A stretch of DNA of 64,000 nt, taken from contig JACZSK010000006.1 in assembly GCA_022574255.1 (NCBI GenBank), positions 811 to 64,810 of the forward strand. The letters are read 5' to 3'. Of this stretch, positions 33,366 through 45,263 are shown piece by piece; the first letter of the stretch is position 1, and every line of letters begins with the position of its first letter. The notes beneath the pieces are model-generated. The model ran no database searches and was not told where the DNA came from. It worked only from the letters and a program-made list of their open reading frames with translations. Source of the DNA: Pseudomonadota bacterium (GTDB taxonomy: Bacteria; Pseudomonadota; Alphaproteobacteria; Sphingomonadales; SMXR01). A program made the position numbers and the translations under genes.

Positions 33366-34535
33366 ATGGCGGGCAAGACATACAGCACACTGGAACTGGC
33401 CGAGCGGCTTGTGGCGATGCCCACGGTCAGCCGCGATTCCAACCTGCATCTGATCTCCTTCGTGGAGGATTACCTGGAGGGCCACGGTGTCTCCTGCCGC
33501 CTGTTCGAAAACGAGGAAGGCACCAAGGCAAACCTGCTGGCGGTGCTGGGGCCGGAGGATGTTCCCGGGATCATCCTTTCCGGCCACACCGATGTGGTGC
33601 CGGTCGACGGGCAGGACTGGAGCCAGGACCCCTTCAAACCCTGGATCGCCAACGACCGGCTGTATGGGCGCGGCGCCGCCGACATGAAAAGCTTTATCGC
33701 GGCGGTTCTGGCAAGGGTGCCGGAAATGCAAAGCCGCGGCCTGACCCAGCCCGTGTACATCGCGCTTTCCTACGACGAAGAGCTGGGCTGCCGGGGCGTC
33801 CTGCCCATGGTCCGGCATCTGGCGGGCATGAAACCACGCCCGCGGCTGTGCATTGTCGGCGAGCCCACCGAGATGCGGGTGATTAACGCCCATAAGGGCA
33901 TCCGCTCATACCGGGTGCGCATCACCGGCCTGGCCGGGCATTCCAGCGCCCCGCATCTGGGCGCCAACGCGATATTCGCCGCCGCCGAGCTGATCGGTTT
34001 TCTTGGCCGTCTTGCCGGGGAAACCCGCGACAATGGCCCGGGGGACCACCGTTTCTTCCCGCCCTACACGACGTTTAATGTGGGTGAGATCAGCGGCGGA
34101 TCGGCAACAAATATTATTCCCGACGCCGCCGAATTCACCTGGGAGTTCCGGCCCGTGCCGGGTTTTGATTCCGATGGCATAACCGCGCGTTTCGCCGATC
34201 ATGCGATGAATGTTGTGCTGCCGCGCCTGCGTGAAACCGCCGATCAGGCGGACATTGAAATCATCGAGATGTCCAATGCTCCGGCCCTTCTGGCCGAAGA
34301 CGCCAGCGACGCCGAGACATTCGTGATGAAGCTGGCGCGCCAGAACCAGACCGGCACTGTCTCTTACGCCACCGAGGCGGGGCAATTTCAGCAGGAGGCG
34401 GAGATTCCCGCCATTGTCTGCGGGCCGGGCAATATTGAGCAGGCGCACAAGGCCGACGAATGGATCGCGCTCGACCAGATCAAGGCCTGCGATGAATTCA
34501 TGGGGCGTTTTGTGGATGCGGTCTGCTCTTCGTGA
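33366..34535 (+). CDS. argE: acetylornithine deacetylase (M20 peptidase family)
   Basis: M20 motifs (LSGHTDVVP; GRGAADMKS; DEELG). Start at ATG 33366. Confidence 0.8.
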   Translation: MAGKTYSTLELAERLVAMPTVSRDSNLHLISFVEDYLEGHGVSCRLFENEEGTKANLLAVLGPEDVPGIILSGHTDVVPVDGQDWSQDPFKPWIANDRLYGRGAADMKSFIAAVLARVPEMQSRGLTQPVYIALSYDEELGCRGVLPMVRHLAGMKPRPRLCIVGEPTEMRVINAHKGIRSYRVRITGLAGHSSAPHLGANAIFAAAELIGFLGRLAGETRDNGPGDHRFFPPYTTFNVGEISGGSATNIIPDAAEFTWEFRPVPGFDSDGITARFADHAMNVVLPRLRETADQADIEIIEMSNAPALLAEDASDAETFVMKLARQNQTGTVSYATEAGQFQQEAEIPAIVCGPGNIEQAHKADEWIALDQIKACDEFMGRFVDAVCSS

Positions 34536-34541
34536 GCAGCC

Positions 34542-35474
34542 CTAGGCGGCGGCGACGGTAAAATCCCTGTTACAGAAAGCGCAGGTGACGGTAATCACGC
34601 CGTCGTCGGTCATGTCTTCGCGGTCCTTCGTCGAGAAGGCTTCGAGCATGGCTTCGATTTTTCCGTCCGAGCATCGGCAGCCGCGCTTTAATTTCACCGC
34701 GCCGAAAACCCGCACGCCGTCTTCGTGGTAAAGACGGTAGAGAAGCTGGGGCAGGGTCAACGCCGGGTCCAGCAATTCTTCGTCTTTTATGCTGTCCAGC
34801 AGGATCGACGCACGAGACCATGATTCTTCTTTTTCCTCATCGCTGATCCGCGCCCCGCCCTGCTCCTGGCGCCCCAGATACTGGATCATGATGCCGCCCG
34901 CACGCCAGTTTCCACTGACCGGATCACGACCGCTGGCCAGGCGAACTTCGCTGGGCGTCTGCTCCGACGATGTGAAATAGGCGGCGGCGCAGTCGGCCAG
35001 GCTGTCTCCAGCCAGATCGACGATGCCCTGGTAACGCTCCATGCCGGGGTCGGCGGGATCAATGGTGATCGCCAGGTGGCCGTCACCCACAAGATCGCGA
35101 ATCGGCGCCGCATCCGGCAGGGCCGCAACCTTTTCTTCGTCAAACTCGGCGTAGGCCCTGAGCTCGTCGGGCGAGCGAAAATCAGCAACCAGCAGCGACA
35201 CCGCACCCTTGGCCCTGGCCTGCACGGTGAAGGTTCCCTCGATTTTCATGATGCTGCCGAGGAGCGCGGTCAGCGCCGCGACCTGGCCCAGGAGGCGCGC
35301 CACGGGAAGCGGATATGCGTGGGCGGCAAGAATCTGGCCGGCGACCGTGCCCAGGCGGACGGCGCGGCCACGCACCTCCATCCCCTCGATGGCAAAGGGC
35401 AGTACCTGGTTATCGCTGCTGTCCGGCGGATCGCCGAGAATTATCGGGTCTGCCTTGTCCTTGTCGGCGGCCAT
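34542..35474 (-). CDS. hslO: Hsp33 family redox-regulated chaperone
   Basis: C-terminal zinc motif CRCS ... CAFCN and an Hsp33 N-terminal core. Start at ATG 35474. Confidence 0.9.
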   Translation of the reverse strand: MAADKDKADPIILGDPPDSSDNQVLPFAIEGMEVRGRAVRLGTVAGQILAAHAYPLPVARLLGQVAALTALLGSIMKIEGTFTVQARAKGAVSLLVADFRSPDELRAYAEFDEEKVAALPDAAPIRDLVGDGHLAITIDPADPGMERYQGIVDLAGDSLADCAAAYFTSSEQTPSEVRLASGRDPVSGNWRAGGIMIQYLGRQEQGGARISDEEKEESWSRASILLDSIKDEELLDPALTLPQLLYRLYHEDGVRVFGAVKLKRGCRCSDGKIEAMLEAFSTKDREDMTDDGVITVTCAFCNRDFTVAAA

Positions 35475-35481
35475 AACCCGC

Positions 35482-36696
35482 CTAGCTCTCCGCCGCGCGC
35501 TGAATAGCGGCATCGAGGGCGGCCAGCGCATCATCGACATGCTCCGGCTCGATGATCAGGGGGGGGAGCAGGCGCAGCACATTCTCGCCGGCGGCGCCGG
35601 CAAGAAAGCCCTCGCCCAGCAGGTCCAGGATGATCGGACGCACGGGAATGGTAAACTCGATGCCGATCATCAGGCCAAGGCCGCGCACGCCCCTGATGAG
35701 GCCCGGGTAGTGCGCCTTCAATTCGTTGAGGCCGGTAAAAAGCAACGCCGACATGTCGGTCACATGCGCCATAAAACCGGGCTTGAGAATCTCGTCCAGC
35801 ACCGCATTGCCCACCGCCATGGCCAGCGGGTTACCGCCGAAAGTGGTGCCGTGGCTGCCGACGCTCAAGCTCTCGGCAACGCCGGCGCGGGCCATGCAGG
35901 CGCCGAGCGGAAAGCCCCCGCCAATGCCCTTGGCGGCGGCAACGATGTCGGGGGTAATGCCGGCCCATTCAAAGGCGAACAGCTTGCCCGAGCGCGCCAT
36001 GCCGCACTGGATTTCGTCAAGAATCAGCAAGAGCCCTTCCTCGTCGGCGATGCGGCGCAGCTCCTGCAGCTTTTCAGCGGGGAAGGGGTATACGCCGCCT
36101 TCGCCCTGAACCGGCTCCAGCATGATGGCGGCGGTCTCGGCGGTGATGGCCTTCCTGACCGCCCGGATGTCGGCGAAGGGAACAATATCGAAGCCCTCGG
36201 GCATGGGACCAAAGCCCCTGGTCAGCTTTTCCTTTCCCGCGGCGGCGATGGTCGCAAGGCTGCGCCCGTGAAAAGCGTTGGAGAAGGTGATGATGCGGTA
36301 ACGGCCCTCGTTGCCCGCGTCATAGTGGAATTTCCGCGCCAGCTTCATGGCGCATTCGACCGCCTCGACGCCGGAGTTGGTGAAGAAGATGCTGTCGGCG
36401 AAACTGGCCTCGACCAGCCGCTCGGCGAGCCTTTCCTGATGCGGAATGCGGTAGATGTTGGAGGTGTGCCACAGGGTCTCGGCCTGTTTCTGCAGGGTCT
36501 TAACCAGATGAGGGTGGCAATGGCCCAGCGCATTGACCGCGATGCCGGCGAGAAAATCGAGATGGCGCTTGCCCTGGTCGTCGAACAGGTAAACACCCTC
36601 GCCGCGCTCGAAGGCAACATCCATACGGTTATAGGTTGGCATGATCGCGGACATGCGGTTGGGCTTTGGCGCCGGTTTGCCGGATGACTCGTTCAT
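35482..36696 (-). CDS. argD: acetylornithine aminotransferase (class III PLP aminotransferase)
   Basis: 404 aa with LILDEIQCGMARSGK and the PLP-lysine region AAAKGIGGGFP. Confidence 0.9.
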   Translation of the reverse strand: MNESSGKPAPKPNRMSAIMPTYNRMDVAFERGEGVYLFDDQGKRHLDFLAGIAVNALGHCHPHLVKTLQKQAETLWHTSNIYRIPHQERLAERLVEASFADSIFFTNSGVEAVECAMKLARKFHYDAGNEGRYRIITFSNAFHGRSLATIAAAGKEKLTRGFGPMPEGFDIVPFADIRAVRKAITAETAAIMLEPVQGEGGVYPFPAEKLQELRRIADEEGLLLILDEIQCGMARSGKLFAFEWAGITPDIVAAAKGIGGGFPLGACMARAGVAESLSVGSHGTTFGGNPLAMAVGNAVLDEILKPGFMAHVTDMSALLFTGLNELKAHYPGLIRGVRGLGLMIGIEFTIPVRPIILDLLGEGFLAGAAGENVLRLLPPLIIEPEHVDDALAALDAAIQRAAES

Positions 36697-36712
36697 CTCG
36701 AATTTCCTCGTA

Positions 36713-37537
36713 TCAGGCCTTCAGGCGATAGCCCTGCTTGAGTAGCTGGTGACAGACAATCCAAAGAACAATATTGATCCCCAGGGTCACCGCCACGCCG
36801 GCGCCCAGGTCGCCATCCATGCGCCCGATGAACCCATAACGGAACCCGTCTATCAAATAGAAGAACGGGTTGAAATGGCTGACCTGCTGCCAGGCCTCGG
36901 GCAAACGTTCAATGGAATAGAAAGTGCCCGACAGCAGCGATAATGGCACCACAATAAAATTTGTCACGGCTGATGAGTGATCGAACTTCTCGGCCCAGAT
37001 ACCGGTCAACACCCCCAGCAGGCTGAGCATTGCAGCCGCGGTGAGGGAAAAATAGAGCACCGTCCAGCCGTGGCTGATGGTGACTTCAACGCCCGGCGCC
37101 AGAAAGAAGGCCAGCCAGACCGCGGCACCCACCAGAAGGCCGCGCGTTATGCCGCCGAACACAAAGCCGATCAACAGTTCGCCCGGCGACAGGGGCGGCA
37201 TCAGCACATCAACGATATTGCCCTGGATTTTCGAGATCAGGATCGATGAGGTCGTGTTCTGGAAAGCGTTCTGGATAATCGCCATCATAATCAGGCCGGG
37301 GGCCAGGAAGCGCTCGAAATTGATGCCCGCCGTCACCCGCCCCGAGCCCCCCAGCGCCAGGGCGAAGATGGCCATAAACAGAAGCGTGGTAACCGCCGGC
37401 GCCAGAATTGTTTGCAGCCACACCTTGTTGAAGCGGCGCACCTCTTTAAGGTACAGCGTCCACAGGCCGTAGAGGTTCATAAATCCGATACGCCGGACGC
37501 CGGGCTCGCTAAGGACCGGTGGGGAAGAATGTTGCAT
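36713..37537 (-). CDS. ABC-2 type transporter permease
   Basis: Six hydrophobic segments and an ABC-2 style N-terminus (LYLKEVRRF). Start ambiguous (37537 or 37480). No ATPase gene adjacent. Confidence 0.75.
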   Translation of the reverse strand: MQHSSPPVLSEPGVRRIGFMNLYGLWTLYLKEVRRFNKVWLQTILAPAVTTLLFMAIFALALGGSGRVTAGINFERFLAPGLIMMAIIQNAFQNTTSSILISKIQGNIVDVLMPPLSPGELLIGFVFGGITRGLLVGAAVWLAFFLAPGVEVTISHGWTVLYFSLTAAAMLSLLGVLTGIWAEKFDHSSAVTNFIVVPLSLLSGTFYSIERLPEAWQQVSHFNPFFYLIDGFRYGFIGRMDGDLGAGVAVTLGINIVLWIVCHQLLKQGYRLKA

Positions 37538-37816
37538 CCGGGTGGGCTCCTGAAAGGTTCGGCGGGTCCGGCCAGTGAGGCCAGAGGGTTCTGATAGAGC
37601 ATTTTCCAGCCGAATAGAACCATTTGGTCGCAAACTGCTCTGATCGAGAGGCGCCAGGGCTGCGACCCGCGCCTGTCCCCGATGCGGTCGAGGGTGCGGT
37701 CGAGGGTGCGCCTGAGGCCGTCCTTATTCGCTCCCGCCTGCATCCCTGCTTGCTCTTTCACCGCCTGGCCATATATAAAGGGCGCCTCCAAACCGGCACT
37801 GAAAGGACAATGCGGC

Positions 37817-38230
37817 ATGGCTTGGTCAGACGATCGTATAGCGACATTGCAGAAGCTGTGGGACAAGGGCCTGAGCGCCAGCCAGATTGCCACCGAACTG
37901 GGCGAGGTCACCCGCAATGCGGTGATCGGCAAAGCCCATCGGCTGGGCCTGAAATCGCGCCCGTCCCCGGTGAAAAGCGACAATGCCAAGCCGAAAAAAG
38001 TTGTGCCGAAAGAAATACCGGCCGACAGCGATACCAATGTCGCGCTGCTGGACTTGACCGAACGCATCTGCAAATGGCCGATCGGTCACCCCGGTGAGGA
38101 AGTTTTTCACTTCTGCGGCGCGCCCTCGGGAACTGGCGTGCCATATTGTGAAAAACACTGCGCCATGGCCTATCAGGCTCAGGCGCCGCGCCGTGACCGG
38201 CGGGCCAAGCCGAAGCCGGTAATCGGCTAA
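37817..38230 (+). CDS. gcrA: GcrA cell-cycle regulator
   Basis: MAWSDDRIATLQKLWDKGLSASQIA..., AVIGKAHRLGL and a C-terminal CKWPIGHP...FCG...YCEKH region. Confidence 0.9.
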   Translation: MAWSDDRIATLQKLWDKGLSASQIATELGEVTRNAVIGKAHRLGLKSRPSPVKSDNAKPKKVVPKEIPADSDTNVALLDLTERICKWPIGHPGEEVFHFCGAPSGTGVPYCEKHCAMAYQAQAPRRDRRAKPKPVIG

Positions 38231-38533
38231 CGCCCGCGAAACCGCATCACCCCTGCAATTCGTACTGCTTCTTGATCGCAACTGGGTTTTCCCGGGACGG
38301 TTTTCGACCGGCTAATCTTCCGAAAAACATTAGTGACAGGGCGTTTTAGGGATTCCACCAGGAGTCGCGACCGCCCTGTGGACGAATTTTCTTTTGGCGT
38401 TTGACAATTCCTTTAAACACCCCCATTTAAATTGATACTAAATAAGTGTGATTTAATATATATCCCGCTGTAATGCCTGATTCGAGCCTCGGGAAAATTA
38501 CCGGGAGGCCGTGTCGAAGACGATGGGAAGACG

Positions 38534-39004
38534 ATGATAAAATTGACCAATCTTGCCGATTATGCAGTGGTCCTGATGTGCCATTTGGCGCAGGAGCCAC
38601 GAGAACTGAGCAGCGCCGTAGGGTTGGCCCAGATGACCGGCGTGCCGGTACCAACGGTGAGCAAGATTTTAGGCGCGCTGTCGCGAGCCAGCCTATTGCG
38701 CTCGCAGAGAGGCCTGAAGGGTGGTTTTTACCTGGGACGCGCGGCAGAGGATATTTCGGTGGCCGATATCGTCGAGGCCGTCGATGGCCCCATAGCGCTG
38801 ACCAATTGTATTGAAGACGCCCCGGGCGATTGCACGCTGGAGACCCTGTGCACGATGAAGCCCCACTGGCAGGTCATCAACATGGCTGTCAAAGGGGCCC
38901 TGAGCGGCGTTTCCCTGGCTGAGATTGCGGCGCCGCCAATCACCGCGCAGAGTCTGCGACGTCTGGCCGGCACAGCCGCTGAGCTTGGCGGAGGCCGGTC
39001 GTAG
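38534..39004 (+). CDS. Rrf2 family transcriptional regulator (SUF-associated)
   Basis: N-terminal wHTH (MIKLTNLADYAVVLMCHLA) and position directly upstream of sufBCDS. Confidence 0.85.
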   Translation: MIKLTNLADYAVVLMCHLAQEPRELSSAVGLAQMTGVPVPTVSKILGALSRASLLRSQRGLKGGFYLGRAAEDISVADIVEAVDGPIALTNCIEDAPGDCTLETLCTMKPHWQVINMAVKGALSGVSLAEIAAPPITAQSLRRLAGTAAELGGGRS

Positions 39005-39065
39005 GGTGGCTGGCGCCGGCGAGACCGGCGCGCAGACCTAATCAATTTTCTGGAGTGGGCCGATA

Positions 39066-40535
<1,470 letters not shown>

Positions 40536-40551
40536 GGAGGCTTGAAGCCTG

Positions 40552-41310
40552 ATGAGTGGAAACAATAAAGCGATGCTGGTGGTTAAGGGGCTTCACGCCA
40601 GAGTTGGCGACGTGGAGATCCTTAAAGGCATCGATCTGGAAATCGGCGCCGGCGAGACCCATGCCATCATGGGGCCCAACGGTGCCGGAAAGTCGACGCT
40701 GGCCAATGTGCTGTGCGGGCGGCCCGGATACGAGATCACCGCCGGCGAAGTGAGCCTGAACGGCAAGGACCTGTTGGCGCTGGCGCCCCACGAGCGGGCC
40801 GGCGAGGGGCTTTTTCTGGGTTTTCAATATCCGGTTGAAATCCCCGGCGTCAGCAATATGAATTTCCTGCGCACGGCGCTGAATTCGCTGAAGAAATATC
40901 GCGGCGAAGAGGAAATGGACGCGGCCAGCTTTCTCAAGATGCTGCGCGCCGCCGCCGCCGACTTGAAAATGGCGCCCGAAATGCTGAAGCGGGCGGTTAA
41001 CCAGGATTTTTCCGGCGGCGAAAAAAAGCGTAACGAGATGCTGCAGATGGCGGTGCTGGACCCGATCATGGCGGTGCTGGATGAGACCGATTCGGGTCTC
41101 GATATCGACGCCCTGAAGATTGTCGCCGATGGCATCAACGCCTTCCGCGGGCCAGAGAAGGCGGTGCTGCTGATCACCCATTACCAGCGCCTTCTGGATT
41201 ACGTGGTTCCCGACCAGGTGCATGTAATGATCGACGGGCGCATCGTGCGGTCCGGCGACAAGGAATTGGCGAAAGAGCTGGAAGAAAAAGGTTATGCGGA
41301 AGTCGCCTGA
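40552..41310 (+). CDS. sufC: Fe-S cluster assembly ATPase SufC
   Basis: Walker A GPNGAGKST, signature FSGGEKKR and Walker B ILDETDSGLD. Confidence 0.95.
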   Translation: MSGNNKAMLVVKGLHARVGDVEILKGIDLEIGAGETHAIMGPNGAGKSTLANVLCGRPGYEITAGEVSLNGKDLLALAPHERAGEGLFLGFQYPVEIPGVSNMNFLRTALNSLKKYRGEEEMDAASFLKMLRAAAADLKMAPEMLKRAVNQDFSGGEKKRNEMLQMAVLDPIMAVLDETDSGLDIDALKIVADGINAFRGPEKAVLLITHYQRLLDYVVPDQVHVMIDGRIVRSGDKELAKELEEKGYAEVA

Positions 41311-41349
41311 GGCGAAGCCGACGGGCGGCCCCGAGAATGATTTGAACGA

Positions 41350-42684
41350 ATGAACGAGAAAAACCAAATTCTGGACGCCTACGACACCGCCTTTCATGCG
41401 GCGGCGGCAGGCCTGCCTGGCAGCGGCACCGATTGGGCAACGAGCTTGCGCCATGATGCCATGGCGGGCTTCCGCGCCTCTGGCTTTCCCACGCGCCGCG
41501 ACGAAGCCTGGCGCTACACCAACCTGACACCGCTGCAAAAACGGCCATACCTGGCCGCAACATCGGCGAACGAAATTACCGGCATTGAGCGGGCGGATTT
41601 ACCGCGCCGGGATATGGACGGCGCGCGCATTGTGATGGTCAACGGGCGGTTTGACGAGACTCTCTCGGACCTGGGGCCACTTGATGGATCCCTGACCTTC
41701 ATGAGCCTTGCCCGGGCGCTGGATGAAAAACCTGAACTGGTTGAGCCTTATCTTGTTGGCGAAACAGGTGAAGATGGCATCCGCCGCCTGAATACGGCGC
41801 TGATGGCCGACGGCTCTGTCATTATTCTGCCCGCCGGGGCCCGGCCCGAATTGCCGCTGGAGATCCTCTATCTGAATTCCGCCGGCGAGAACGCCGCGGC
41901 GCATATTCGTAATCTAGTGGTGCTGGAAGCTGGTGCTTCACTGGACCTGATCGAGACCTGCCGGGACACAAGCGGAAATGGGAGCGCCTTCTGGAGCAAT
42001 ATTGTTTCGACCATGGTGGTTGGCGAGGGCGCCAGTCTGAATCATCACCAGATTCAGACCATTGGCAGCGAAGCGCTGCTGAGTGCGGCGGCCAATGTGC
42101 GCGTCGCCGAAGGCGGCCATTACAGCAATTTCGTGCTCACCGCGGGCGGGCTGGTCACGCGCAATGAAATTCATATTTTGCTGCAGGGCCGGGATGCGCA
42201 AGCAACTCTCGACGGATTATGCCTGGCGCGGGCCGGGCAATCGCTGGCCAACGTGACAATTGTCGAACATCAATCGCCGGCCGCCAGCAGCAAACAGCGC
42301 TACAAGAGCATTTTACAGGCGCGCGCCAGCGCCGCCTTCCTGGGCAAGGTGGTGGTGGCCAGGGACGCGCAGCACAGCGAGGCCCACCAGGCCTCGGACA
42401 GCCTGCTGCTGGGCGAGGGAGCCACCGCCAACGCCAAGCCGGAATTATTGATTCACGCCGACGACGTGAAATGCAGCCACGGCGCCACCGTCGGCGCGCT
42501 CGACAAGGCGGCGCTCTTTTACCTGAACTCCCGTGGCCTGGACCCGGCGGCAGCGAAAGAGGTTCTGGTCACCGCCTTCGCGGAGGAGATTCTCGAGTGT
42601 ATTTCCCTCGCCCCCTGGCGCCAGATCATCCGCGCCGAGATCGCCGGCTGGATGCGCGACGGCGAAAAGGTCTCAAGCCAATGA
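41350..42684 (+). CDS. sufD: Fe-S cluster assembly protein SufD
   Basis: 444 aa with the beta-helix C-terminal region shared with SufB; operon position. Confidence 0.9.
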   Translation: MNEKNQILDAYDTAFHAAAAGLPGSGTDWATSLRHDAMAGFRASGFPTRRDEAWRYTNLTPLQKRPYLAATSANEITGIERADLPRRDMDGARIVMVNGRFDETLSDLGPLDGSLTFMSLARALDEKPELVEPYLVGETGEDGIRRLNTALMADGSVIILPAGARPELPLEILYLNSAGENAAAHIRNLVVLEAGASLDLIETCRDTSGNGSAFWSNIVSTMVVGEGASLNHHQIQTIGSEALLSAAANVRVAEGGHYSNFVLTAGGLVTRNEIHILLQGRDAQATLDGLCLARAGQSLANVTIVEHQSPAASSKQRYKSILQARASAAFLGKVVVARDAQHSEAHQASDSLLLGEGATANAKPELLIHADDVKCSHGATVGALDKAALFYLNSRGLDPAAAKEVLVTAFAEEILECISLAPWRQIIRAEIAGWMRDGEKVSSQ

Positions 42685-43934
42685 TCGCCATGTCAGACAG
42701 GGCCGGCGCCCCGGACAGCCTCGATTTGAACCGGGTGCGCGCCGACTTCCCGATTTTGCGCCAGACGGTTCATGGCAAGCCGTTGTGCTTTCTTGATTCC
42801 GCGGCCAGCGCCCAAAAGCCGCAGGTGGTGATTGATACGGTCTCGAAGCTCTACGAGACCGGCTACGCCAACATCCACCGGGGCATATACAAGCTCAGCC
42901 AGGACGCCACCGAGGCCTATGAGGGCGTGCGTGAGCAGGTGCGCGACCTGATCAACGCCGAGCATGCCAAGGAGTGCATTTTTCTGCGTGGTGCCACGGA
43001 AGGCATTAACCTGGTGGCGCAAAGCTGGGGCCGGGCTTTTTTGCGCGAGGGCGACGAGATCATTCTTACCGAGATCGAGCATCATTCCAATATCGTGCCC
43101 TGGCAGATGCTGCGCGACGAAAAAGGGCTGCAGATCAAGGTGGCGCCGGTCGGCGACGACGGGGCGCTGGATATGGACGCCTTCGCCGCGCTGTTGTCAC
43201 CCAGGACCAGGCTGGTGGCAATGGTCCATGTCTCCAACGCTATCGGCACTATCATGCCGGTTGAAAAGATCATTGAACTGGCCCACGCCGCAGGCGCGAA
43301 GGTATTGATAGACGGCTGCCAGGCGGTGCCCCATATGCCGGTCGACGTGCGAGCGCTGGACGCCGATTTCTATGTCTTTTCAGGGCATAAAATTTACGGC
43401 CCCACCGGCATCGGCGTGCTCTATGGCAAGGCTGAACTGCTGGATGCCATGCCGCCCTGGCAAGGTGGCGGCGACATGATTTCCACCGTGACCTTCGAGA
43501 AGACCACCTATAACGAGCTGCCGCAGAAATTCGAGGCCGGCACCCCCAATATCGCCGGCGGCATTGGCCTGGGCGCGGCCATTGATTATGTCAGATCGAT
43601 TGGCTTCGAGGCCATTGCCGGGCATGAGACCGCCCTCCTGGACTATGCCACGGAGAAGCTGCGCGGCATAAGCCAGTTGCGGATCATCGGAACGGCACCG
43701 GAGAAGGGCGCGATACTCTCTTTTGTTGTCGATGATATTCATCCCCACGATATCGGCACCATACTGGACCGCGAGGGCGTGGCGGTGCGCACCGGCCATC
43801 ACTGTGCACAGCCCGCCATGGAGCGCTTCGGCGTGACCGCCACGGTGCGCGCCAGTTTTGCTATCTATAACGATTTCAACGACGTTGACCGGCTGGTCGC
43901 GGCAATTCGCAAGGCGCTGGAGATTTTTGAATGA
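42681..43934 (+). CDS. sufS: cysteine desulfurase SufS (group II)
   Basis: FPIL...YLD.AA.. N-terminal pattern, PLP-lysine region SGHKIYGPTGIG and active-site RTGHHCAQP. ATGA overlap with sufD. Confidence 0.95.
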   Translation: MIAMSDRAGAPDSLDLNRVRADFPILRQTVHGKPLCFLDSAASAQKPQVVIDTVSKLYETGYANIHRGIYKLSQDATEAYEGVREQVRDLINAEHAKECIFLRGATEGINLVAQSWGRAFLREGDEIILTEIEHHSNIVPWQMLRDEKGLQIKVAPVGDDGALDMDAFAALLSPRTRLVAMVHVSNAIGTIMPVEKIIELAHAAGAKVLIDGCQAVPHMPVDVRALDADFYVFSGHKIYGPTGIGVLYGKAELLDAMPPWQGGGDMISTVTFEKTTYNELPQKFEAGTPNIAGGIGLGAAIDYVRSIGFEAIAGHETALLDYATEKLRGISQLRIIGTAPEKGAILSFVVDDIHPHDIGTILDREGVAVRTGHHCAQPAMERFGVTATVRASFAIYNDFNDVDRLVAAIRKALEIFE

Positions 43935-44446
43935 CCGACAAGGCCGACAGCGGAAAGATGATGGAGGCCCCGATGGGTACGGATACCCGTGGTCAGCAAG
44001 CGCCCGACCCGGGGCAGGAGCAGTCGGGTCACGATTACCTGGACGGATTCCTGAATAATGGCACTGATGGCACTGATGGCGCCGGAGACGCGGCGGCCAA
44101 AGCCGACCAGCCGGGCGAGAGCAAGGGCGAGAGCGAGGGCGAAGACAGCCTGGAAGACCGCGTGGTGGCGGCGCTGCGCGCTATTTATGACCCCGAGATA
44201 CCGGTCAATATTTATGACCTGGGCCTGATCTATGGCGTCGAGGCCGATGCCGATGCCCATGTAACCGTGACCATGACGCTGACCACCCCCAACTGCCCGG
44301 TCGCGGAAATCATGCCCGCCGAAGTCGAGCAAAAGACCCGCGCCGTTGAAGGTGTTTCCGGCGCCACCGTGAACCTGGTCTGGGACCCGCCCTGGGATCC
44401 CTCGCGCATGAGCGAGGAAGCACAGCTCGAGCTGGGCTTTATTTGA
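43931..44446 (+). CDS. sufT: SUF system DUF59/SufT-like protein with a ~70-aa low-complexity N-terminal extension
   Basis: DUF59 core (IYDPEIPVNIYDLGLIY ... TLTTPNCPVAE ... LVWDPPW). ATGA overlap with sufS. Confidence 0.8.
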   Translation: MTDKADSGKMMEAPMGTDTRGQQAPDPGQEQSGHDYLDGFLNNGTDGTDGAGDAAAKADQPGESKGESEGEDSLEDRVVAALRAIYDPEIPVNIYDLGLIYGVEADADAHVTVTMTLTTPNCPVAEIMPAEVEQKTRAVEGVSGATVNLVWDPPWDPSRMSEEAQLELGFI

Positions 44447-44514
44447 TCTGCATTTGATCTGCGGCGGTCTGGTGAAAACTGTTAGAGTGCGCCAGAAAAA
44501 TGACGGGGCAGGAC

Positions 44515-45216
44515 ATGGCGAAACCACTTTCCATTATTGTCGGAGTCGGTCCGGGAAACGGACTGTCTTTCTCCCGGCGCTTTGCAAGCGAGGGCTATGC
44601 CGTGGCCATGCTGGCCCGCAACCAGGAGCGCCTGTCGGAATTCGAGGGCCAGATCGACGGGGCGCGGGGATTCGTTTGTGACGTGAACGACCCGGCGGCC
44701 ATAGAGGATGCTTTTTCACAAGTGCGGACATCAATGGGGCCGGCCAGCGTGCTGGTCTATAATGCCGGCGCAGGCCATTGGGATAACGTTGAGGAGACCA
44801 GCCCCGAGGATCTCGAATCCTCATGGCGCACCAATGCGCTGGGCTGCATGGTCAGCGCGCAACAGGTGATCCCGGAAATGCGGGCGGCAGGCGCCGGATC
44901 GATCGTCGTTATCGGCGCCGGCGCGGCGCTGAGAGGCCGGGCCGGGACCACCGCCTTCGCTTCGGCCAAGGCGGCGCAGCGCAGCATCGCCCAGTCCATG
45001 GCCCGTCACCTGGGGCCAGCGGGTATTCATGTTTCCTATGTGGTCATAGACGGCGTCATAGACCTGCCGCGCACGCGCCAGGCCATGCCCGACAAGAAAG
45101 ATGACTTTTTTCTTGATCCCGACGATATCGCCGATGCGGTTTACCGCCTGACCGCCCAGCCGCGCTCGGCATGGTGCTTCGAGATTGATCTCAGGCCATT
45201 TGGTGAAAACTGGTAG
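44515..45216 (+). CDS. SDR family NAD(P)-dependent oxidoreductase
   Basis: Gly-rich dinucleotide motif VGVGPGNG, an NAG motif and an SDR-length protein. Start at 44515 is preferred over 44500. Confidence 0.8.
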   Translation: MAKPLSIIVGVGPGNGLSFSRRFASEGYAVAMLARNQERLSEFEGQIDGARGFVCDVNDPAAIEDAFSQVRTSMGPASVLVYNAGAGHWDNVEETSPEDLESSWRTNALGCMVSAQQVIPEMRAAGAGSIVVIGAGAALRGRAGTTAFASAKAAQRSIAQSMARHLGPAGIHVSYVVIDGVIDLPRTRQAMPDKKDDFFLDPDDIADAVYRLTAQPRSAWCFEIDLRPFGENW

Positions 45217-45263
45217 GGAGCGCCGGGAACAGGCACACCCCGTCAATGCCGTGGCAGCATCAT

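Noticed and set aside
35209-36687. 492-aa ORF on the + strand
   Set aside because: It is entirely antisense to argD, which has unmistakable class III aminotransferase motifs. The ORF's composition is Ala/Gly/Arg/His-rich with no recognisable domain. This is a typical GC-rich antisense artefact.
38425-38457. Rrf2/IscR operator palindrome upstream of the suf regulator
   Set aside because: Apparent symmetry reduces to the self-complementary ATTTAAAT core. The flanking arms (TGATAC versus CACAC) do not pair well enough to call a site.
42219-42680. N-terminal 154-codon extension of the sufS ORF in the ORF track
   Set aside because: The extension overlaps sufD in another frame and is Arg/Gly-rich. 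The conserved SufS sequence begins at ATG 42681, which forms an ATGA overlap with the sufD stop.
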